Part shown: positions 16,867 to 24,074 of the stretch, piece after piece
How the letters are laid out: the number at the start of each line of letters is the position of its first letter
Position numbering within the stretch: the first letter of the stretch is position 1
From: a virus
Lineage: Duplodnaviria; Caudoviricetes
DNA: 64,000 nt
IMG/VR virus record: IMGVR_UViG_3300010050_000018
Location: 2,723 to 66,722 of that record
Direction: 5' to 3' (one strand)
Position numbers and translations under genes: made by a program
Notes under the pieces: generated by a model
What the model saw: the letters and a program-made list of their open reading frames with translations, nothing else
Told to the model about the DNA's origin: nothing
Databases searched by the model: none

Positions 16867-17084
16867 GCACCCTGCGCGAAACTGTTGGCCTCAACATCAG
16901 GGCCGCCCGGCATCATCGGGGGCTCAAACAATGTGAGCTCGCCGAACTGGTTGGCATCCATTGGACGAACATGAACCGCATCGAGCAGGGGCGATCGTCA
17001 GTCAACCTGGATCGTCTGCAGCAGATTTCAACCATCCTCGACATTCCCGCTCACGGCCTTCTGATCCGGGAGCTGTCCCAATGA
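16863..17084 (+). CDS. XRE-family HTH regulator
   Basis: NIRAARHHRGLKQCELAELVGIHWTNMNRIEQG. Confidence 0.88.
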   Translation: MSTLRETVGLNIRAARHHRGLKQCELAELVGIHWTNMNRIEQGRSSVNLDRLQQISTILDIPAHGLLIRELSQ

Positions 17085-17231
17085 TGTTCAGCGCCACCAG
17101 CGTGTTGTGCGGCCGCCGGCATCTTGCCGGCTTGGTGGCCCCCTCGCTTTCCCAGCTGGTGGTGGCAGGCCGTTTCTCTGTCCGCTCATCTGCTTTCGTC
17201 TCCAACTCCGTCGCTGGAAATGGAGATAGCA

Positions 17232-17726
17232 ATGTTCGGTTCGGACCTCTCGGAAACGTCTTCGCAGCGCTCAGAAAGATTTTCGGAGCTCTCCGAAAAT
17301 CGGTCAAGCGCTGGCAGCCAGGGCGGTCGTCAAATGTCTAGCGCGTCGATCGCCCATGGCCTGACCGTTGAGATCGGCGAGATCGTCGCGCCCGGCGCGA
17401 ACTGGAAAGCCCAGATCACTGCGGTTTACGCTGGCCTGACAGATCCGAAATTTCCGCATCGGCTAACTGATCTGACTTGGAACCGCGTGAAATCGTGGTT
17501 CTATGGCGAGGCGCGGCGGGCCGACTATCATGAAGTACTCGCGCTGCAGGAACTGCGCGCGATCGAGGAGGCCAGACGTGCCAAGCTTAAACTCGCCGCC
17601 ACGGCGAACATTCTGGCAGCTCATCTTGCCGCGGAGGGCGCGCCGCTGGATGGCCACCAAATGCGTGCTCTGGGCCGACTCGCTGGCGCATTGGATCTAT
17701 CCGGAACTGGCGGAGACGCCAGATGA
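17232..17726 (+). CDS. Putative CII-position transcriptional regulator
   Basis: GGAG RBS; LTWNRVKSWFYGEARR HTH-like segment; position after cro. Confidence 0.6.
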   Translation: MFGSDLSETSSQRSERFSELSENRSSAGSQGGRQMSSASIAHGLTVEIGEIVAPGANWKAQITAVYAGLTDPKFPHRLTDLTWNRVKSWFYGEARRADYHEVLALQELRAIEEARRAKLKLAATANILAAHLAAEGAPLDGHQMRALGRLAGALDLSGTGGDAR

Positions 17727-18574
17727 GCGCCTCGAAGCCATGGCTGGCGATGACGCCGGAGCAGCGGATCTCGGAGGTCCGTCTTCTCCTTGAACAGGGC
17801 CACGCCCCCGGCACCATAGCCTGGAAACTCAGGGCACGACCATCGGCGATAACCAGTGTCGTCCGGGCAATCCGGAAAGCCGACGGCGCACCTCACGTAG
17901 AAGTCTCCCCACCTGCCATACCTGATGCCCCACTCCGGTGGGAGGTGCTCACCAGTGAGGAACGCGACGCGGCCGTGCTGGCGCTGCGCGCCGAGGGCCT
18001 TTCCGCATCCCAGGTAGCGGACCGGCTGGCGACGACACGAAATGCCATCGTCGGCTACATGCACCGGATGACGGAAGCCGGCGTCGACGTCCCGGGCCGC
18101 AAATCTCCGAAACGCTCGCGCGCCGCCAAGGCGCCGGTTCCGCCGAAGATGGCGAGGCAAGCAGTTGCTCCGAAGCAGGCTCCAAAACGCGACAAGGTCT
18201 TGCGCAAGAGCGCCGCCGGCAGCGTCGAAGTTGCCCCGATGCGCGGCCCCAACAATCCTCACCCATTCGATTTCAAGGCGCGCGCCGAGCAGCGCGCGTC
18301 ATCACCCGGCCTGGCCCCTGCGCTCATCGCCGGGGTCCCGATGCGCCCCGTCGACGATGATACCGCGCCTGAATCCAAACGCCTCGCCCTGGTCGAGCTC
18401 ACTGCCACGACCTGTAGATGGCCGAGCGGTGACCCACGGGCCGAAGACTTCGGTTTCTGTGGCCACGACGTCTCCGACTCCCCGTACTGCCCTTACCACA
18501 AGCGCCTTGCCCACGAGCCCCCCACAACACGCCAGCGCGCCGAGATCCGCTCGGCTGAAAGGAAGTTCGCATGA
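17723..18574 (+). CDS. gcrA: GcrA-family cell-cycle regulator
   Basis: EGLSASQVADRLATTRNAIVGYMHR (GcrA N-terminal HTH) and LVELTATTCRWPSGDP...FGFCG...PYCPYH (GcrA C-domain). Confidence 0.9.
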   Translation: MSASKPWLAMTPEQRISEVRLLLEQGHAPGTIAWKLRARPSAITSVVRAIRKADGAPHVEVSPPAIPDAPLRWEVLTSEERDAAVLALRAEGLSASQVADRLATTRNAIVGYMHRMTEAGVDVPGRKSPKRSRAAKAPVPPKMARQAVAPKQAPKRDKVLRKSAAGSVEVAPMRGPNNPHPFDFKARAEQRASSPGLAPALIAGVPMRPVDDDTAPESKRLALVELTATTCRWPSGDPRAEDFGFCGHDVSDSPYCPYHKRLAHEPPTTRQRAEIRSAERKFA

Positions 18575-19089
18575 CCGTTCATGAGCGTCCCAACCGCGCC
18601 TCGGCCAAAGAAGCTGCCTCTTTCGTCGAAGAGTTCGATCGCCTCGAGCAGGTTCGCGAGGAAAAGCTCCGGCTCCTCGAAGCCGACTTCAAGACGAAGA
18701 AGCGTGCGATCCAGAAAGAGGTCGACGGCGACCAGGCCGTGCTGCTCGCCGATGCGAAAAAGCAGGGCGTCAACAAGGGCGTCATCCGAGCGCTGACCGA
18801 CGCCCAGAAGATCAAGCGTAAGGCCGAGGCGATGCTGGAGCGCGCCGAGGGCAAGGTCGACGGCCTCGATGACGACGACCGCGAATTCGCCGTCGACATC
18901 CGCACCGCCCTTGGCGACGACTTCGCCGGCTTCGGCCTCGGCGCCGCTGCCGTGGCTCGTGAAGAACCCACCCAGGAACCCAACAAGCCCGACGCCACGA
19001 CGGCCGCCGTGATCGCGGCCGTCAAGGAGAACATGACCGACAGGGATTGGGACAACGCCGCACCGGCGGCCGAAACCGTCGAGGCCTGA
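18571..19089 (+). CDS. Putative GapR/DUF2312-like DNA-binding protein
   Basis: SFVEEFDRLE...LADAKKQGVNKGVIRAL resembles GapR SIIERVERLE...YAEAKGNGFDVKVLKK with an inserted coil. Confidence 0.5.
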   Translation: MTVHERPNRASAKEAASFVEEFDRLEQVREEKLRLLEADFKTKKRAIQKEVDGDQAVLLADAKKQGVNKGVIRALTDAQKIKRKAEAMLERAEGKVDGLDDDDREFAVDIRTALGDDFAGFGLGAAAVAREEPTQEPNKPDATTAAVIAAVKENMTDRDWDNAAPAAETVEA

Positions 19090-19141
19090 AACTACCTGAC
19101 CAGGCCGGGAAAGTAGCGGCCAAACCTATTCAGAGGCAAAC

Positions 19142-19795
19142 ATGACCGCACCGCGCATTCTTGCAATCGATGCCGCAGCCCATTTCGGCTGGGCGTATGG
19201 TCCCATCGGCTCGATCCCGAAATCGGGTGCCCAGTACTTCGCGAAATCTGGCGCCGGCGCCAGCTACCCGAACGTCATGCTGGGAGCGTTGCGCTGGACG
19301 ACAGATTTCATCACCGCTTACCCGGTCGACTGCCTGTTCGTCGAACGCGCACTTCTAGACGGCGCCGTCGATAACTCAAACTACAAGACATCCGAGATGA
19401 AAAACGGCCTGATCGCCGTGATCATCGCAACAGCTCGGCTGCTTGGCGTCAGGAATCAAATCGTCGTCATCGACGGCGTACGCGGTGAGCATCGGATCTA
19501 CCTGTCAACGATCCGGTCCAAATTCCTCCCGAAGAAACCGAAAGGTGTCGAGCCGAAGCCGCTGGTCCGCCAGAAGTGCATTGATCTGGGCTGGATCAGC
19601 CAGGAGGACGCCCTCGCCGACAAGGGCTTCGACCGCACCGATGGCTTGGCGATCTGGTACTGCGGCTGTCTCCTGGTCGATCCCATGAAAGCCCCGCCGG
19701 TCGACCCGCTTTTCCTCGCCGCTGCCCGTCGGCAGCGCGAAGCCGAGGAGTTCGCTCAACGCAACGCGAAACCAGCGATCCCGGAGCGCTTCTGA
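19142..19795 (+). CDS. RuvC-like Holliday junction resolvase
   Basis: RILAIDA..FGWAYG, LFVER, FDRTDGLAIW acidic RNase H-fold motifs; ends AIPERF. Confidence 0.75.
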   Translation: MTAPRILAIDAAAHFGWAYGPIGSIPKSGAQYFAKSGAGASYPNVMLGALRWTTDFITAYPVDCLFVERALLDGAVDNSNYKTSEMKNGLIAVIIATARLLGVRNQIVVIDGVRGEHRIYLSTIRSKFLPKKPKGVEPKPLVRQKCIDLGWISQEDALADKGFDRTDGLAIWYCGCLLVDPMKAPPVDPLFLAAARRQREAEEFAQRNAKPAIPERF

Positions 19796-19797
19796 TG
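19774..19797 (+). repeat. 24-bp repeat copy 2 (AGCGATCCCGGAGCGCTTCTGATG)
   Basis: Exact inverted copy of 8320-8343. Confidence 0.9.
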
Positions 19798-19914
19798 CAG
19801 ATCCGAGTCCCTCATTCCGTCAGCGACGCCCTCGCCTTCATCGTGCTCGTCGCGGCTGTTGCCCTGATCATCGGGGTCATCACCGGCATCATCGTGCCAG
19901 TGGAGCCACGATAG
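19795..19914 (+). CDS. 39-aa single-pass membrane protein
   Basis: Manual translation MQIRVPHSVSDALAFIVLVAAVALIIGVITGIIVPVEPR; TGATG coupling. Confidence 0.6.
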   Translation: MQIRVPHSVSDALAFIVLVAAVALIIGVITGIIVPVEPR

Positions 19915-19915
19915 G

Positions 19916-20659
19916 ATGCGCGCTGTCGTCGCCGGGGATCGTCTCCCATTCAATGAAATTGTGACGTCGTGGCTGTCGCAGTGCCAGGCCAACGTCGGCA
20001 TCGCCGGCAGTCCCGAAGAGCTCGCGGCGGCAACCCGGGCTGATCCGCAGCGCATCGCGGTGATCTGGTCCGAAGACGGATACCGGGCGGTGTCATCGAT
20101 CCGGCGGCTCCGCGACGCCGCAATCGGCAATCTCATCATGGTGATGATGCCGGCGCAGCGCGATGACCTCGCCGCCAATGCGAAACACCGCGCCGTCGCG
20201 CTGCGCGCCGGCGCCGATGATGCGCAGACCTGGCCGCTGGCCGAGCACGAGTTCATCGAGCGATGCCGCGCTTTGCTGCGCCGGGACCGCCAAATCCTCG
20301 CCGATGACAGCGTGGTCAGGTTCGCGGGCTGCGAGTTCCTGCCCGAGCTCAAGATGCTCCGGTCTCGGGCAGGCATGATCTCGCTGACGCCCCTCGAAAC
20401 CGCGTACATGCTCGCGCTGACCCGGCATGACGATCGGGTCATCACCACCAAGTCGCTGTCGATCGACGTCTATGGATGGCAGCATGAGGAGATATCGAAC
20501 AGCCTCGTGAAGGTGTTCGTCCACCGTCTCCGAAAGCAGGTTTTCACGCTGACCGGCGGTCTCGACTTCGTCGAAACGGTCTGGGGTCGCGGATACAGGT
20601 TCGTTCGCGAAGGCTACCGCCCGAAGTTCGATCACTGGGGCCGGAGGGCGGTGGGATGA
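19916..20659 (+). CDS. OmpR-family regulator, CtrA-like, with degenerate receiver domain
   Basis: LRAGADD; KVFVHRLRKQVFTLTGGLDFVETVWGRGY resembles the CtrA C-terminus; phosphoacceptor Asp and conserved Lys not evident. Confidence 0.85.
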   Translation: MRAVVAGDRLPFNEIVTSWLSQCQANVGIAGSPEELAAATRADPQRIAVIWSEDGYRAVSSIRRLRDAAIGNLIMVMMPAQRDDLAANAKHRAVALRAGADDAQTWPLAEHEFIERCRALLRRDRQILADDSVVRFAGCEFLPELKMLRSRAGMISLTPLETAYMLALTRHDDRVITTKSLSIDVYGWQHEEISNSLVKVFVHRLRKQVFTLTGGLDFVETVWGRGYRFVREGYRPKFDHWGRRAVG

Positions 20660-21120
20660 ACGACCGGCCAATCCGGGACATCTTAGCTGAGTGCATCCGT
20701 TTCGAGCGGCTGGGGCCAATATCTCCGCTCTGGGGAAACTGGTGGGAAGAAGGCAGGGAACCGGTTCGAAAACGAGCCGATCAAATCCTGAGGCTTCTCG
20801 CCGAACGCGGCGTCGAGCTGGTGAGAACCGGCGAACCGGCCGCTGCGACCCGACACGACAGTCCTGAATTCTGGCGATGCAAGATCATGGGTCGGAACGC
20901 GGAGCGCATCCTCCGCGCCACGGCCGCCGGCATCGAGGTCGTCATGGCAGAGGACGGCAAGGAAACCGTCCAGCTCGCATTCGCGATCGGCGAGGCCCAC
21001 GCATTGTCGGGGCGTGGGCTCATCGGGGACCGCGAGCTCATGAAGGAACCCGGCGTCGTCACCAAGCTGGCGGCGACGCTGGAGGCCTACCGCGTCAACG
21101 TCATAGACCTGGTGGGCTAG
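20656..21120 (+). CDS. Hypothetical protein
   Basis: Coupled ORF. Confidence 0.7.
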   Translation: MNDRPIRDILAECIRFERLGPISPLWGNWWEEGREPVRKRADQILRLLAERGVELVRTGEPAAATRHDSPEFWRCKIMGRNAERILRATAAGIEVVMAEDGKETVQLAFAIGEAHALSGRGLIGDRELMKEPGVVTKLAATLEAYRVNVIDLVG

Positions 21121-21122
21121 CC

Positions 21123-21920
21123 ATGGGCCACGTCAAAAAGCACCCATGGGCCGGCATGAAGGGACCGACCGCCGACTTCCTGAAGCTGGTCGATGGTCTC
21201 GCCCGGAGCCGATCCCATCGCGAGGTCTTCCACGATTTCCTGGAGGCCGCGTTCTGCGCCTTCATTTCTCCGCTGATACCTGCCGGCGACAAGCGCGATG
21301 ATATCGAGGCCCGATATCTCAAGGTCATCAACTCCGACAAGGAGTATCCGGCGCGTTTCCCCGAGCTGCTCGCGATCGCCGCCGCCGGCATCGATGAGGA
21401 ATACGATTTCCTTGGCCCTGTCGCCGGCCACCTCGGATCACTGAACGCTGCACAGGGTCAGTTCTTCACTCCGTGGGAACTATCCCGCTCGATGGCGGCG
21501 ATGATCATCGATGAGGACGGGATCAAGCGGGCGATCGAGAAGAACGGCTTCATCACGATGCTGGAGCCCGCGATTGGTGCCGGCGCCATGGCCCTTGCGG
21601 CTGCGGAGCGGGTACGGGAGCTCGGGTTCGATCCCGGTATCCATCTCTGGCTTACCGGCATCGACGTCTCGCTGCCTTGCGTCAAGATGGCGTACTTGCA
21701 GCTCACCCTTCGCGGGGTCGCCGCTGATGTCGTCCACGGCAACGGGCTCTCGCTGGAGCAATGGGGACGGTATCCGACGCGTTCCCGTTTCCTGTTTGCA
21801 CAGCATCACGGCGAGCGGCTCCAAGCTTACGTCGACAATCCCGCGAACTACCTGCAGCCCGCTGCGCCAGCGGCGAAGCCTGCACCTCCGCAACTCGATC
21901 TCTTCGGGGATGCGGCATGA
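21123..21920 (+). CDS. N-6 DNA methylase-like protein (type I M-subunit-related, short)
   Basis: GQFFTPWELS, MLEPAIGAGAM (motif I), GIDV...MAYLQL...HGNGL; ends QLDLFGDAA. Confidence 0.85.
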   Translation: MGHVKKHPWAGMKGPTADFLKLVDGLARSRSHREVFHDFLEAAFCAFISPLIPAGDKRDDIEARYLKVINSDKEYPARFPELLAIAAAGIDEEYDFLGPVAGHLGSLNAAQGQFFTPWELSRSMAAMIIDEDGIKRAIEKNGFITMLEPAIGAGAMALAAAERVRELGFDPGIHLWLTGIDVSLPCVKMAYLQLTLRGVAADVVHGNGLSLEQWGRYPTRSRFLFAQHHGERLQAYVDNPANYLQPAAPAAKPAPPQLDLFGDAA

Positions 21921-22114
21921 CCGACCGTTCCGCCACCACAACCAATCTACTGGTCGCGATGCTGCGGATCACCGCCGGCCGCCTCAGGGCCGGCGCCAGC
22001 GACCAGTTCACCGAGATCTGTCCGGGCGCCCTCGACCAGGTCGCCAGGGCCTCGATTGAAAGCGGTCGCGACAGCCGGAACCTCACCGCCACTCGGGATC
22101 AGAAAGGAACCTGA
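21917..22114 (+). CDS. Small hypothetical protein
   Basis: ATGA-coupled ORF. Confidence 0.55.
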   Translation: MTDRSATTTNLLVAMLRITAGRLRAGASDQFTEICPGALDQVARASIESGRDSRNLTATRDQKGT

Positions 22115-22115
22115 G

Positions 22116-24074
22116 ATGTTGAATGCCGAAGTCAGAGAAACCTCCGAGCGACCGATCAGCCGCGCTTTTGGCGTCGTGTTTCCGAAACCAGATCAGATCG
22201 CGAAGCTGTCCCCGGCTGATCAGATGGTGGCTAAGCTGCTCGCCGAAGAGTCGGGGGTGCCCTCTCCGGTCAAGACGGTGCGCGGCGAGCCCGCGCAGCA
22301 TGTCGACGATAGGATAGTCTCGATCGAAACCTCGGCACCGGTTCGTCCCCTCGGCGCGGGCGATATCGAGATCGGAAGTACCTCGAAGGCCGAACCTGTT
22401 GGCATCGACCTCGCCAAGCTGATCGACGGCCGTTTGTTGATCCAGGGCAATAGCGGCGCCGGCAAATCCATGTTGCTGCGTCGCCTCTTCGAGCAGGCGT
22501 TTGGCCGTGTTCAGCAGTTGCTGCTGGATCCCGACGGCGAATTCTCGACGCTGAAGGAACACTTCGACGTCGCAGTTCTTACCGCCGCCGATGTGCGACG
22601 GATCGGTGGCCACGCCTTCGCCACTCATCTTCGCCAGCACAGGTACAGCGCTGTGCTCGATCTCTCCGATGCGACTCCGGAAGATCGTCTCGATCTCGTC
22701 GCCGACATTGCCGAAGGATTGCTGGTGGTGCCTGAGGCGCATTGGCACCCGCTTCTTGTCCTCATCGACGAAGCCCAGACCGTGGCGCCACACTACGACA
22801 CCGGCGACGTCACCGCCGATACCCGAAAGCGCTCCACCGCGATGCTCTCGGATCTCATGGGCCGGGGCCGCAAACGTGGCATCGCCGGCATCATCGCGAC
22901 GCAGCGTATCGCCGAAACCGCCAAGGCGGTGGTGTCGAAGGCGACCAACGTTGTTGTCGGCCGCACGATCTTCGACCGAGATCTCGAGCGCGCGGGCTCG
23001 CTGCTCGGTTTCACCTTGGGACACAGCCGGGCACTGCGCACTCTCTCAGACGGCGAATTCCTGGCCATTGGTCCCGCCATCGCGGGACCGCGTCGCATCA
23101 GGTTCAAGGCGGGGCCGGTCCAGTCCAGGCATAAGGGTGCAGCACCCGAGGTAATCGCACCGCCGACGATCTCGGCTGCTGCTGCTGCTGCCCTGTTGTT
23201 GCAGGTGCCTGATGCCCGACAGCCCGACCAAGCCGCGCCGCAGCAGGTAACCGGCAAGCCTGGTGCCCATGGCAGGGGATGGTCCGAGGCCGACGATGCC
23301 TTGATCCGTGACGGATACGCAAAAGGGCTCAAGCTTGGTGAAATCGCGGAACAGCTCGTCGCCAACGGCAGTCCAGTTCGATCCCTCGGTGCGATATCGG
23401 TGCGCGGCGCCACCTTGGGCATCAAGAATAGCCGCGCCGTCGCGGACTGGACCGACGCCGAATACCAGTTCGTGCTCGACGGCTATGAAGCCGGGACATC
23501 GATATCTGGCATCCGACAAAGCCTCGTAGCGGCCGGGTTCGACCGCTCCTTCGGCGCCATACAGATGGCGGCGATCAAACTCGGGATATCGGGGTCCCGG
23601 GTCAATTTCTGGACCGAAGAGGAAACTCAAATCGGCCTCGACGGTCTTGCTGCTGGCAAGACACACTCCGAGATCCTCGCCGACTTGAAGGCCGCTGGGT
23701 ACATCCGTGGCCCCACGGCCATGGCGAAATTCGCGAAGAAACATGGGGTCCATCGCAAGCACCGAGAGTTCTCGGATGAAGATCTCGACATCATCCGCAC
23801 GATGTTTGGCCAGGGGCAGTCGCATGGCGAAATCGCTGAACGGCTGGACCGCACCAGAGCGTCTATCGCCAGCCAGGCCTGCAAGATGGGCCTCAAGCAC
23901 CGCCGGCCTTGGACCGAAGAAGAGCGGCAGGTGCTCGTCGATCATCAGGCGCAAGGCCTCACATTGAAATCTGCCGCCGAGGCCATTGGCAGGCCCTACG
24001 TCAATGTCTCCGCCGAGGCCGGGCGCCTGAACCTCTCCTTCAGAAGACCATCAACCGAAAGGACACCCACATGA
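22116..24074 (+). CDS. HerA/DUF87-like ATPase fused to five C-terminal Myb/GcrA-N-like HTH repeats
   Basis: GNSGAGKS (Walker A), LDPDGEF, LIDEAQ (Walker B), GRGRKRGI...ATQR; W[ST]xxE repeats. Confidence 0.85.
   Translation: MLNAEVRETSERPISRAFGVVFPKPDQIAKLSPADQMVAKLLAEESGVPSPVKTVRGEPAQHVDDRIVSIETSAPVRPLGAGDIEIGSTSKAEPVGIDLAKLIDGRLLIQGNSGAGKSMLLRRLFEQAFGRVQQLLLDPDGEFSTLKEHFDVAVLTAADVRRIGGHAFATHLRQHRYSAVLDLSDATPEDRLDLVADIAEGLLVVPEAHWHPLLVLIDEAQTVAPHYDTGDVTADTRKRSTAMLSDLMGRGRKRGIAGIIATQRIAETAKAVVSKATNVVVGRTIFDRDLERAGSLLGFTLGHSRALRTLSDGEFLAIGPAIAGPRRIRFKAGPVQSRHKGAAPEVIAPPTISAAAAAALLLQVPDARQPDQAAPQQVTGKPGAHGRGWSEADDALIRDGYAKGLKLGEIAEQLVANGSPVRSLGAISVRGATLGIKNSRAVADWTDAEYQFVLDGYEAGTSISGIRQSLVAAGFDRSFGAIQMAAIKLGISGSRVNFWTEEETQIGLDGLAAGKTHSEILADLKAAGYIRGPTAMAKFAKKHGVHRKHREFSDEDLDIIRTMFGQGQSHGEIAERLDRTRASIASQACKMGLKHRRPWTEEERQVLVDHQAQGLTLKSAAEAIGRPYVNVSAEAGRLNLSFRRPSTERTPT

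Noticed and set aside
17081-17341. 86-aa ORF between the XRE gene and the CII-position gene
   Set aside because: Overlaps the better-supported gene by 110 nt; the region is hairpin-rich and more likely regulatory.
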